Counted from the stretch's first letter, positions 37,617 to 46,693 are shown. The stretch: DNA of 64,000 nucleotides from Paenacidovorax caeni (GCA_943367475.1 CALRJH020000003.1:97985-161984), one strand, 5' to 3'. The notes: generated from the letters alone by a model not told the origin. Numbers and translations are program-made.

Positions 37617-38396
37617 ATGCTGGCACAAAAAAAAGAAGCACATTGGGAAAGCATCCTCCTGGCCATACAACATTCATATGCCATTAACCGGCACCTTGAA
37701 TTTTTCAACTGGTTGAAAAACGATATTCATCCGCTCATGCGGCATGATGCCTTGCTGGCGGCATGGGGAGATTTCAGCAGTGGTGACTTGCGCTTTGATG
37801 TGTCATCACAATTACCGGAATTGTCCACACAACGCTTGCTGGAGGACTCGGCCATCGTCAATTACCTGATGTGCAACCTTTACAAGCGCTGGGTAGACAA
37901 CGGGGACAAATGGTTTGTCATTAACCGGTTTGATGCCAGCGGCATGCATGCACAATCGCCTAACCCATTTACCCGGCAACTGATGAAAATGCACACCTTA
38001 CTGGTCTATGGTGTGCGTGATACGCGTGGCAAGTCTGATTGTATTTATGTGTTTTTTGATCGCTCACGCGAGCTCAGCGTGCCGGACCAGTTAATGGGCA
38101 TGATCATGCCGCATCTCGACGCAGCGATGCGACGGATTGCCACCCTTGAGCCGCCAGTCAAGGATGAAGATTTGCTGGACAGTATGACCCAAGGTTCATT
38201 GTCTGGCCGTGAACACGAGATATTGCACTGGGTGCGTAGTGGCAAAACCAACCTTGAAATCGGGCTGATTTTGAACATCAGTGCCAATACCGTCAAAAAC
38301 CATTTAAAACGGATTTTCCAGAAACTGGATGTTTCATGTCGTGCCCAGGCAGCTGCAAAAATGGGGATTCACGGCAGCCCGCACAAGCCTAACTAA
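37617..38396 (+). CDS. epsA: LuxR-family transcriptional regulator, EpsA-like (exosortase-B/PEP-CTERM-associated regulator family)
   Basis: C-terminal HTH LSGREHEILHWVRSGKTNLEIGLILNISANTVKNHLKRIFQKLDV. An N-terminal ~190-aa non-receiver domain gives a ~259-aa length as in EpsA-type regulators. The ORF track starts at 37446; MLAQKK at 37617 is preferred. Confidence 0.6.
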   Translation: MLAQKKEAHWESILLAIQHSYAINRHLEFFNWLKNDIHPLMRHDALLAAWGDFSSGDLRFDVSSQLPELSTQRLLEDSAIVNYLMCNLYKRWVDNGDKWFVINRFDASGMHAQSPNPFTRQLMKMHTLLVYGVRDTRGKSDCIYVFFDRSRELSVPDQLMGMIMPHLDAAMRRIATLEPPVKDEDLLDSMTQGSLSGREHEILHWVRSGKTNLEIGLILNISANTVKNHLKRIFQKLDVSCRAQAAAKMGIHGSPHKPN

Positions 38397-38412
38397 GGCG
38401 TAAAGCAGGCAG

Positions 38413-38844
38413 CTATTCGCGGCCAGTAAAGCGCTGAATATCGCGCATTTGCCGTTTGGTCGGTCGCCCGGCACCGCGTTCACGTAAGGCAAACAAATCG
38501 GCACCCGTGCCTTTGATCTGCAGGCGCAACTGCATACTTTCTTCGGTTTCGCGGTAGAGCAAAGCCGCCTCCGGTGCACCGCGCCGTGCATTGCTCAAGG
38601 CGAGCACCTCGACTTCTATCTGCATATCCTTATTCTTGATACTGACACGCATGCCGGGCTTCATGACTTTGGCATTTTTGGCACGGTCACCATCGACACG
38701 CACCTTGCCACTTTCCACCGCTTCAGCGGCCAGACTGCGCGTTTTGAAAAAGCGGGCAGCCCATAGCCACTTATCCAGTCGGCAACTATCATCCTCGTCT
38801 TCCTGTGCGAGAGGCGTCTGTTTTTTATGGTGGGTTCTGGCCAT
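38413..38844 (-). CDS. hslR: Heat-shock protein 15 (ribosome-associated S4-domain protein HslR)
   Basis: RLDKWLWAARFFKTRSLAAEAVESGKVRVDG S4 RNA-binding domain. Confidence 0.85.
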   Translation of the reverse strand: MARTHHKKQTPLAQEDEDDSCRLDKWLWAARFFKTRSLAAEAVESGKVRVDGDRAKNAKVMKPGMRVSIKNKDMQIEVEVLALSNARRGAPEAALLYRETEESMQLRLQIKGTGADLFALRERGAGRPTKRQMRDIQRFTGRE

Positions 38845-38858
38845 GCTTCAAAATAGAG

Positions 38859-41042
38859 TTAAAAAGGTTTACTCACATCCGCTTGCTGCTGAATATACGC
38901 CATACGCGCCTGATTGCGTTCAAGCGTATGGCGGTAACTGGCAAGCACGGTTTGCGCACGCGCCATCAGATTATCTCCCTGATAGGTACCATCCGTACTT
39001 TGCACCCCGGCATCAAGATCGGTTAAATGGGCGATGCCCTCCAGTACATGGTCAATCGCGATAATTTTGAACATGCCATTATTCACCGCCTGTACCACGC
39101 TGTCGTCCAGCACCAGATGACGCTGGTTACGCTTGGGAATAATCACACCCTGCTCACCATTCAAGCCCAGCGCCTGACAGACCCTGAAGTAGCCTTCAAT
39201 CTTCTCGTTGACACCCCCAATCGGCATGACTTCGCCAAACTGGTTCAGGGCGCCAGTCACTGCAATGCCCTGCTTGATCGGCAGGTCAGTCAGCGCGGAT
39301 AACAGTGCAAACAGTTCGGCACAGGAGGCAGAATCTCCTTCTACACCGTTATACTCCTGCTCAAACACCAGCGAAGCACTCAAACTCAACGGCGCCAGTG
39401 CCCAAAAGCTGGCGCTGAGCCAGTTTTGCAGAATATAGATGCCCTTGTCATGATTGGGACCGCTCATATTCACTTCACGGTCAATATTGATGACTCCGCT
39501 GCGACCAGGGTAGCAGCGTGCAGTGATGCGGATCGGCGAACCAAAACTGGCATCACCCAACTCAATATGTGTCAGGCCGTTGACCTGCCCGACCACGCTG
39601 CCATGTACCTGAATCAGCAATTCATTATCAATGATCGAATCGCGGATTTGTGTTTCGAAAAACTGCTGGCGCAGCAAACGGGCAGACAAAGCCTGCCGGA
39701 CATGCGCATCCGTCACCAGCAAAGCATCTCCCGCCACCGACACACTTTCGTGCATCAGCTGGTCCAGATGTGAGAAACGGGTGCTGACACGGCCCTGATC
39801 CTCTTCGAGCCGGTGCATAAATTGCAATAGCACACTGACAGCTGGTGCACTAAAATGCGTCACCTCCTGCTGCTGGCATTTACGCGCAATATAGCCAGCC
39901 ATCCATGCATAGTTATCCAGATTGGCAGTCACCCGGTCTTCAAACTCGACCTTGATCGGGAAGAAATCGAAAAAATCCGGTTGTGCTTCCAGGCAGTCGT
40001 AATAATCTTCGCGGCTGGCAATCATGACAATTTTGACATGCACCGGCAAACTGCCATGCCGATTACCTCCAGCCCCCTGCTGGGCGTGGTTGGCCCAGTC
40101 TTCGATCTGTACTTCACGATTGCGCATCAAGCGGTATAACTTTTCGAGCAAGGCGGTGCCATTGCTTTCATCCTGCATCAGATCACGCAAATGCAACAGC
40201 AGCATGCCGCCATCTGCCTGATGCACGCTGCCTGCACGCAAACGTAAAAACTCTGGCAGCTGTGCCGACTCACCGGCAGTGGTATCAAACATGCCAAACA
40301 AAGCGGCAAAACCGGGGTCATTTTCTTCCACAATCGGCTGTTTATGCCCTTGTGTGAGGTTGGCACGCTGGTCGACCAGCAGATTGACGCGAAAGCGCGA
40401 CAAAAACGATTCATTGATCAGGCCTTCAACGCCGCCTTCACCTTCGCCCCCCACCTGTTGCCAGGCTTGCAGAAAACCCAGCATTTCCGGCTTGATCACA
40501 TTAAAGAATGGCGACAGTTTGGCACTGCTCAATTGCGAACGCATGGCATCCACACGTTCTTCACACCAGACCTCTGCCTGTGACAAATTGACCTGGCCAC
40601 TGCTGTCTACCCAATGTGGCATTTCTGCAATCAATCCCTTGATAAAGCCTTCCATCACCGTACGCAATTGCGCGCCCAGCCCGACTGGCAGCTTGATATA
40701 GTTGGCGCAGGATTGCTGACTGAAATCATACAAGGCCACCAGGTCGGTCAGTGTGGTATCGATCACCTGTTCAGCCGCTGCACGCATGGCCGCCACAGTG
40801 AGTCCGGCCCGGCCGGAGCCCGGTGTACCGAGTACCAGTACATTGCACCCCGTGTGCTGGATAGACAAACCCATCATCAAGGTTTTTTGTGCTTCGGGTT
40901 GCAGCTTCCAGCCATAATCGGTCAAGCTGAGTGCCGAAGCATCCAGCAGGTCTGCCGTTGACTCAAAGGTCATGGGCGCCAGCTTGTAGGCCACGGTCAT
41001 TTCATCAGGGGTTAACACTTGTATCATTCCGGCAGGCTCCAT
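38859..41042 (-). CDS. Lon-like ATP-dependent protease, YcbZ/LonH type
   Basis: C-terminal S16 domain FEQEYNGVEGDSASCAELFALLSALTDLPIKQGIAVTGALNQFGEVMPIGGVNEKIEGYF closely follows my recollection of E. coli YcbZ. N-terminal P-loop-like LGTPGSGRAG. An alternative start at 41027 forms an ATGA overlap with the moaE stop. Confidence 0.8.
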   Translation of the reverse strand: MEPAGMIQVLTPDEMTVAYKLAPMTFESTADLLDASALSLTDYGWKLQPEAQKTLMMGLSIQHTGCNVLVLGTPGSGRAGLTVAAMRAAAEQVIDTTLTDLVALYDFSQQSCANYIKLPVGLGAQLRTVMEGFIKGLIAEMPHWVDSSGQVNLSQAEVWCEERVDAMRSQLSSAKLSPFFNVIKPEMLGFLQAWQQVGGEGEGGVEGLINESFLSRFRVNLLVDQRANLTQGHKQPIVEENDPGFAALFGMFDTTAGESAQLPEFLRLRAGSVHQADGGMLLLHLRDLMQDESNGTALLEKLYRLMRNREVQIEDWANHAQQGAGGNRHGSLPVHVKIVMIASREDYYDCLEAQPDFFDFFPIKVEFEDRVTANLDNYAWMAGYIARKCQQQEVTHFSAPAVSVLLQFMHRLEEDQGRVSTRFSHLDQLMHESVSVAGDALLVTDAHVRQALSARLLRQQFFETQIRDSIIDNELLIQVHGSVVGQVNGLTHIELGDASFGSPIRITARCYPGRSGVINIDREVNMSGPNHDKGIYILQNWLSASFWALAPLSLSASLVFEQEYNGVEGDSASCAELFALLSALTDLPIKQGIAVTGALNQFGEVMPIGGVNEKIEGYFRVCQALGLNGEQGVIIPKRNQRHLVLDDSVVQAVNNGMFKIIAIDHVLEGIAHLTDLDAGVQSTDGTYQGDNLMARAQTVLASYRHTLERNQARMAYIQQQADVSKPF

Positions 41043-41503
41043 TGTTGTTTGGCTTGTGCGTCAGCCTCGCGCGCTTCCACCCAGCGCTCACCAAACGCCC
41101 CAATTTCTTTTTTCCAGAAAGGAGCATCGGTTTTTAAATAATCCATGACAAATGCACAGGCGTCAAATGACGCCTGACGATGCAAGCTGGCAGTGGCTAC
41201 CATGACAATCTGCGCACGTGCAGCCAAGTCTCCATACCGGTGGATCAGGGTCACGCCCAGTAAAGGCCATCGATCGACGGCTTGTTCGACAATCGCAATC
41301 AGGGCTTTTTCTGTCATGCCGGGATAATGCTCAATGTGCATGCCTTGCAACGCCTGCCCCTGGGAAAACTCCCGCACCAGGCCATCAAAGCTGACGACGG
41401 CGCCTGCTTGCGGGCAATGGCTGCGCAATTGCTGCAGTTCCTGTGCAAGATCAAAGTCTTCTGCTTGCACCAGTACGCGCTTGTAGGGCTGCGCAGTCAC
41501 CAT
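41024..41503 (-). CDS. moaE: Molybdopterin synthase catalytic subunit MoaE
   Basis: 159 aa. FDGLVREF..G.....M.IEHYPGMTEKAL and ...RYGDL..... patterns. Follows moaD. Confidence 0.85.
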   Translation of the reverse strand: MVTAQPYKRVLVQAEDFDLAQELQQLRSHCPQAGAVVSFDGLVREFSQGQALQGMHIEHYPGMTEKALIAIVEQAVDRWPLLGVTLIHRYGDLAARAQIVMVATASLHRQASFDACAFVMDYLKTDAPFWKKEIGAFGERWVEAREADAQAKQQWSLPE

Positions 41504-41760
41504 TAGCCTCCTGTGACCGGCGGAAAAAAAGCCACCTCATCACCCTCTTCAAAGGTGGCCATATCATCCACCAGCTCGTGATTGATGGCAGCACGCACCA
41601 CGCCGCTTCCACTAAACAGTTTCTGCCAGATTTCGCCCCGGTTGGATAACCAGGACTTGAGTGCGATGATGGTTTCTACCTCATCTGGCAATTCCACCTG
41701 CTCGGAGGAATAGTTAACCACCTCTTTGATGCGGGCGAAATATAAAATTGTAATATTCAT
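41503..41760 (-). CDS. moaD: Molybdopterin synthase sulfur-carrier subunit MoaD
   Basis: 85 aa starting MNITILYFARIKE and ending ...DEVAFFPPVTGG. The upstream 56 codons of the ORF-track entry overlap the rmuC 3' end and were discarded. TAATG overlap with moaE. Confidence 0.85.
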   Translation of the reverse strand: MNITILYFARIKEVVNYSSEQVELPDEVETIIALKSWLSNRGEIWQKLFSGSGVVRAAINHELVDDMATFEEGDEVAFFPPVTGG

Positions 41761-41788
41761 GAATAGGTCTTTACGCAATAGGCTTGGG

Positions 41789-43165
41789 TTATTCTTTAGG
41801 CTCTTCCAGTTCATCCAGCACATCGAGTGCAGCCAGGCCGGTGGTCTCCTGCAATTCCACTTTTTCGATCTGGGCAAAACGTCTGGTAATTTTCTGGCTG
41901 CTGATATGCACATCCTGTGCATTCTCATGCGCCTGACGGATATTGTCTGCGAGTTTTTTCATGCGGGTATCAAATCGGTCAAAGTCCTTACTGAGTTTGC
42001 CCAGTTCGTCTTTGATAATGTGTACCTGCTTGCGCATTTCCACATCTTTTAACACCGCACGTGCCGTATTCAGCACGGCCATCAACGTGGTTGGCGAGAC
42101 CAGCCATACACGTTTCTGCATGGCATAATCTACTATATCTCCGTGGTAGGCATGAATTTCTGCAAATACGGCTTCGGCAGGAATAAACATCACTGCGCCA
42201 TCAGAAGTCTCATTGGCAATGATGTATTTGCTGCTGATATCATCGACATGCTTTTTGATGTCAGCCTTGAACAGTTTGGAGGCCTGTGCCTGCACCAGCT
42301 CGCCCAGACTGCTGTCTATCATGCGGTGATAGTTTTCCAGCGGGAATTTGCTGTCCACTGCCACCGTGCCGGTGGGCTCGGGCAAAAACAGGGCGCAATC
42401 GACGCGTGCGCCGTTGCTTAAGGTGTGCTGCATGGCAAAGCTGCTGGACGGCAGTACATTGCGCACCAGTCCCTCCAGTTGCACCTCGCCATATGCGCCG
42501 CGGCTGCGCTTGTCACCCAGTAGCTCCTGCAAGCTCACCATGTTCACGCTCAGGCCGTCAATTTTCTTCTGCGCCTCATCAATGGTGGCCAAACGTTCCA
42601 TCACGCTGACAAAGGTCTCATTGGTTTTTTTGAAGCCTTCCTCCAGACGCATCGACACCTTGCCACTCATCTCTTCCAGACGGGCATCAACGATTTTGGT
42701 CAGGGCTTCAATGCTATGGGTGAGGCTTTGCGTGGTGGTTTGCAGGGCTGCATTCAACATGGTTTGTTGTGTAAGCCCCTGCTCGGACAAACCATTACGC
42801 AAACTGAGGCTTAATTGCTCACTGCTTTGCGCCAGATGGTCACGCTGCGCGACTTGTAATGCCTGCATCGCCTCACGGGTAGCCATCAGCTCCTGTGATA
42901 TTTGCGTACGCAGCCTGTCCTGCTGATCACTGCTCAATACCTGCAAACGGTCGGCGAGGCCATTTAGTGCCTGATGCATGTCAGCCATCATTGCGCGGTG
43001 CTTTTCTTCCAGCAATTGCGCAAGCTGTTGTGGCAGATCCTGCCGGGAGGTCTGTTGCTGTTGACGCCATTGCCAGACCAGCAAGACGAGTATCAGCAAG
43101 AGCAATAAAAAATTGATTACAGCGAAAGTCATAGCCGCATTATAGCTGATGACTATTGATCCCAC
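41789..43165 (-). CDS. rmuC: DNA recombination protein RmuC
   Basis: N-terminal TM, a long coiled coil, then the conserved C-terminal nuclease-like region (RGAYGEVQLE...VAVDSKFPLE...MFIPAEAVF). Confidence 0.85.
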   Translation of the reverse strand: MGSIVISYNAAMTFAVINFLLLLLILVLLVWQWRQQQQTSRQDLPQQLAQLLEEKHRAMMADMHQALNGLADRLQVLSSDQQDRLRTQISQELMATREAMQALQVAQRDHLAQSSEQLSLSLRNGLSEQGLTQQTMLNAALQTTTQSLTHSIEALTKIVDARLEEMSGKVSMRLEEGFKKTNETFVSVMERLATIDEAQKKIDGLSVNMVSLQELLGDKRSRGAYGEVQLEGLVRNVLPSSSFAMQHTLSNGARVDCALFLPEPTGTVAVDSKFPLENYHRMIDSSLGELVQAQASKLFKADIKKHVDDISSKYIIANETSDGAVMFIPAEAVFAEIHAYHGDIVDYAMQKRVWLVSPTTLMAVLNTARAVLKDVEMRKQVHIIKDELGKLSKDFDRFDTRMKKLADNIRQAHENAQDVHISSQKITRRFAQIEKVELQETTGLAALDVLDELEEPKE

Positions 43166-43246
43166 ACGGACACCGTGTGCTATTTAACGTCAAGCACGCC
43201 GTTTAAGCCAGACGATCAGTCAGGCTTATTCAATGCCAACAGACAG

Positions 43247-43279
43247 CCAAAACAAAACGCCCATCCATCAGGACGGGCG
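43247..43279 (-). terminator. Rho-independent terminator after ORF 43308..44069
   Basis: Minus strand reads CGCCCGTCC-tgat-GGATGGGCG followed by TTTTGTTTTGG. Confidence 0.7.
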
Positions 43280-43307
43280 GACAAATGTATATTTTGAAGG
43301 CAACAGG

Positions 43308-44069
43308 TTAATGCGCGTGTGGCTGATCTATACCGGGCGCCCCATGCGCTCTCGCCAGCCATTTCACATCATCGGCATTATGTTCCATATCACCGATATC
43401 GGTGAAATCCACATGCTGATAGTGTGCCAGCGTATTGCTGCCGGTTTTTGGCGCACTGCCGGCAGTGCTGGCTTGTGCTTCGAATTGCAACACCTGTAAC
43501 TGTATCGTCACATCGTGTTTAGCATAACCATAATGAATCGCCTCCGGCAGTTTCAGTGCAGGCATCCACACAATATCGACATGGGTACCATCTGCCTGCT
43601 TCCCTGTATAGTGCTCCACCTTGTAGCCAAATCTGTTGACCTCGGATTGCGGTTGTTTCACCAGCTTGGCCAGCTCATCATCGGTCACCAGCTGCGACTT
43701 CACCTGCCATGTCGGATGGTCGGTTTTCATACCCAGCAGTTTGAGGTCAACATCCATGTAATCAATGACACGCTGATCTTCATGCATCAGATAGGCGTAA
43801 GCCATCTGATTTGCGGGCTTTTGCATCCACAAACCACTATGGTGTGCAGGTTCACCACTCTTGTACAGATGGCGAATTTCCACTTGCCCGGGTTCCCGCA
43901 TTAGCCACCATTGAAAATGCTTGTTTTCACTACACGGGTGCGCACACTGTGTGGTCTCATAGCGCGCATTGACGGCCTCTTTGTCCGGTTCTGCAGCAAC
44001 GCTTTGCTGGCTGACCAGCCCTGCCGCCAGCAGCCACAGGGTCACGGATAATTTCCGCATATATTTCAC
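43308..44069 (-). CDS. Secreted hypothetical protein
   Basis: 253 aa. Signal peptide ...SQQSVAA. His-rich. No family recognised. Downstream of phoA. Confidence 0.45.
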   Translation of the reverse strand: MKYMRKLSVTLWLLAAGLVSQQSVAAEPDKEAVNARYETTQCAHPCSENKHFQWWLMREPGQVEIRHLYKSGEPAHHSGLWMQKPANQMAYAYLMHEDQRVIDYMDVDLKLLGMKTDHPTWQVKSQLVTDDELAKLVKQPQSEVNRFGYKVEHYTGKQADGTHVDIVWMPALKLPEAIHYGYAKHDVTIQLQVLQFEAQASTAGSAPKTGSNTLAHYQHVDFTDIGDMEHNADDVKWLARAHGAPGIDQPHAH

Positions 44070-44164
44070 CTTTTACTTTATTGAGTTCAAGTCAAACAGG
44101 GGCGTCCAGTGGACGTCCCTGCTTTAACAATCATTGACGGCGTATTGCCATCCAGTCATTGCGA

Positions 44165-45712
44165 TTAACGAAAGCCAAATGCCTCCTTCATCACCTGGTA
44201 GATGTAGCTCTGCTCTTGCACACCATGCACCAGATAGGCTTTAGGGCCTTGGGCATAAATCGCCACTTCTTCACCTGCATGGGTTTCAGAACTCAGTGGC
44301 ACCATCGCTTCCTGATGGAAATCAGGATCTTGCGTATCTACTGAAGTCATATCAACCACACGACCGGCAGCAATCGCTTCATTATAAACAGCATCACCAG
44401 GGGCATTGGTATGATAGCCAGGGCCATTGGCAAAGCTGACGGTGGTGTATGGTTTGCCATCAGCCGCCAGTGTTGGCGTGGTTTTACCCGGCTCCACCAC
44501 TTTACCCAGAATCGGATTACCACGTTTAGGGTAACCCCCTATGGTCAATGTGTGGCTATGGTCGGCCGTCACAATAATCAGCGTGTCGTTCATATCCACT
44601 TTTGACATGGCTTCACGTACCGCATCAGATAAAGCCACTGTATCCTTGAAAGTACGGTAAGCATTGCCGGCATGAGACGCATGGTCAATCCGTCCGCCTT
44701 CCACCATCAGGAAATAGCCATTCTGGTTTTTCTTCAGGATATCAATTGCTTTACCAGTCATTTCGGCCAGTGAAGGTTCGCCGGCAATATCATTCGGGCG
44801 ATCTTGCTCATACTCCATATGTGAAGGATTAAACAGGCCCAGCACTTTGGTCGCAGTGACCGGATTGATGGCATCAAACCCATTCCTGTCCTGAACATAG
44901 ACACCGCCAAATTTGCTGACATACTCCTGCGTCAGGTTACGGCCATCGGTACGACGGCCCTTGGTGCCTTCAATATCTGTCACCGAGTTGGGCAGGAAAT
45001 AGCTACGGCCACCGCCCAATACAACGTCAATACCATCACCCAGCTTGCCTGGACCGAAGTTATCAATCATCTGCGCGGCAATATCTTTGACACCGTTGCT
45101 GGCTGCTGCTGAAGAAAGATTTGAGTTGGCTTCCCAGTCACGATTGGAGATATGGGCATAAGTGGCAGCCGGTGTGGCATGGGTAATGCGGGCGGTAGAA
45201 ACAACGCCTGTAGATTTACCAGCTACTTCCGCCTGCTCAAGCAAGGTAGTCACTTTATTGGCATTCAATACTGCCGGGTTAGGCTCGTTTCTGGCAACGG
45301 TCTGGTTCAGCGACAAAATACCATCATTGGTTTTCACGCCAGAAATCATCGCTGTCATGGTTGGTGCAGAGTCTGCAGTCTGCTGGTTGGTGGAGTAGGT
45401 TTTCGATAATGCAACGTACGGAAACGCTTCAAAAGACAGCTTGTTGCGTTCACCATCAGTGCCTTTCAATTGTCCCTCAAAAATGCGGGCGCCAGTCACG
45501 GTGGAAATCCCCATACCGTCACCCACAAACAGAATGACATTTTTCGCCTTGCGCGCATTTGGAGCTAATTTCTTGCTGTCATTCAAACTGGCAGCCCCGT
45601 CATCCAGCCAGAACTGTGCATTTTCTGCGGCAAACACTGCTGGCGACATAACAAGTTGCGTACCCAATAGCATCGCTGCGATGGCCGTGCGTTTCATATT
45701 AAACATGTGCAT
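44165..45712 (-). CDS. phoA: Alkaline phosphatase, PhoA family (periplasmic)
   Basis: Signal peptide. VGDGMG metal site, active-site DSAPTMTAM (Asp-Ser-Ala), later DHSH and ETHAGEEV metal ligands. AAGGAAA RBS before the ATG at 45712. Confidence 0.9.
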   Translation of the reverse strand: MHMFNMKRTAIAAMLLGTQLVMSPAVFAAENAQFWLDDGAASLNDSKKLAPNARKAKNVILFVGDGMGISTVTGARIFEGQLKGTDGERNKLSFEAFPYVALSKTYSTNQQTADSAPTMTAMISGVKTNDGILSLNQTVARNEPNPAVLNANKVTTLLEQAEVAGKSTGVVSTARITHATPAATYAHISNRDWEANSNLSSAAASNGVKDIAAQMIDNFGPGKLGDGIDVVLGGGRSYFLPNSVTDIEGTKGRRTDGRNLTQEYVSKFGGVYVQDRNGFDAINPVTATKVLGLFNPSHMEYEQDRPNDIAGEPSLAEMTGKAIDILKKNQNGYFLMVEGGRIDHASHAGNAYRTFKDTVALSDAVREAMSKVDMNDTLIIVTADHSHTLTIGGYPKRGNPILGKVVEPGKTTPTLAADGKPYTTVSFANGPGYHTNAPGDAVYNEAIAAGRVVDMTSVDTQDPDFHQEAMVPLSSETHAGEEVAIYAQGPKAYLVHGVQEQSYIYQVMKEAFGFR

Positions 45713-45744
45713 GATTATTTTCCTTTTGAATTCAATCGTTCTGA

Positions 45745-45777
45745 TCTTATTTAGCTCTTATTTAGCTCTTATTTAGC
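45745..45777. repeat. Perfect 3 x 11-nt tandem direct repeat (TCTTATTTAGC on plus strand; GCTAAATAAGA on the gene strand)
   Basis: Read directly: copies at 45745-45755, 45756-45766 and 45767-45777. Spans the stop codon of the PEP-CTERM gene and ends 32 nt upstream of the phoA ATG. Confidence 0.9.
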
Positions 45778-46521
45778 CAACTGGCGACGGCGTATCCACG
45801 CTGTCAGGCCCAAACCAGCCAGCAACATGGCATAGGTATCTGCTTCGGGCACGGCAGCAACCGCATTGATACTGACGTTATCCACCCCCAGTTGCAGCGA
45901 GTTCTGATTGGCAACGCTAGCAAAACGCAAAGTATAGCTGCCGCCACTGGCCAGAATACTGCTGATATCGAAGGTATAACTGAGGTATTGATTCGCGGTC
46001 AGGGTGCCATTTGCGCCACCCAGATACAGTGTCTGCAATACATCTGCGCTGCTGGTGGAAAATGGATCACTGCCAGACTTCAGAACATCCACACGCACAT
46101 GCTGATTGGGGTGATCCGTAGCATCCACGGTGTAGTCCAGACCCGCAGCATCTACCGACGCACTGCCATGCTGGTTATTCACAAACAATTGAAAAGACAG
46201 GCTGGCACTGCTCACTGCGCCGGTACTAAATGTTTGAAACAGGGCATTGGCGGACAAACCATAATTATCAAGCATGCCGTAATAGCTACCCTGATAGGCA
46301 CCCACCGTTGCGTTACCTGTCACTTCGGACAGCGTCCCACTCTGCGCCAGCACACTGCCGGAAATGCCCTGCTCTGCGCTTTGCCATCCACTGATATCGT
46401 AGCTATCTGCCCCTTGCAGTTCAAATCCGCCATTCTGTATCAATTCCAATGCGTGTGCCGGCAGGGTAAGGCCAGCCATCACACAGGCAAAAACCACAGG
46501 TTTAAGCTTGATCATATTCAT
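45769..46521 (-). CDS. PEP-CTERM sorting-domain protein with N-terminal carbohydrate-binding-like (NGGFE) domain
   Basis: Start MNMIKLK at 46521 (or the second ATG at 46515) sits behind a GAGAGG RBS. Signal peptide ...LPAHA. LIQNGGFE motif. C-terminal VPEADTYAMLLAGLGLTAWIRRRQLAK. Confidence 0.8.
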   Translation of the reverse strand: MNMIKLKPVVFACVMAGLTLPAHALELIQNGGFELQGADSYDISGWQSAEQGISGSVLAQSGTLSEVTGNATVGAYQGSYYGMLDNYGLSANALFQTFSTGAVSSASLSFQLFVNNQHGSASVDAAGLDYTVDATDHPNQHVRVDVLKSGSDPFSTSSADVLQTLYLGGANGTLTANQYLSYTFDISSILASGGSYTLRFASVANQNSLQLGVDNVSINAVAAVPEADTYAMLLAGLGLTAWIRRRQLAK

Positions 46522-46667
46522 CCTCTCTGATGTGTATTGTTCTCGAGCGCCAGTGCGACAGCCGCACCTTGACTGCGTCTGATTGTGCACGGACTCTGTG
46601 GCAGAAACTTTTCACTCAGATGAAGATTAGATGATGGTCATGACTACCTTACCATGAAAAAATGGCC

Positions 46668-46693
46668 AAAAAAAAGCCCCGAAAGATCGGGGC
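46668..46693 (-). terminator. Strong minus-strand Rho-independent terminator with no annotated gene upstream of it
   Basis: Minus strand reads GCCCCGA-tctt-TCGGGGC followed by T9. On the plus strand no T-run follows the hairpin. Confidence 0.65.

Noticed and set aside
41761-41928. 56-codon N-terminal extension of the moaD ORF
   Set aside because: The extension overlaps the 3' end of rmuC and has a basic, Cys/Trp-rich non-protein-like composition. MoaD proteins are ~80-85 aa, and MNITILYF at 41760 gives exactly that.
42348-42926. 192-aa plus-strand ORF (and neighbours 42143..42609)
   Set aside because: It is antisense to rmuC, with a Ser/Cys/Arg-rich shadow-frame composition.
45892-46530. 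212-aa plus-strand ORF
   Set aside because: It is antisense to the PEP-CTERM gene, which has a signal peptide, an RBS and a C-terminal sorting signal. The antisense product has no recognisable features.
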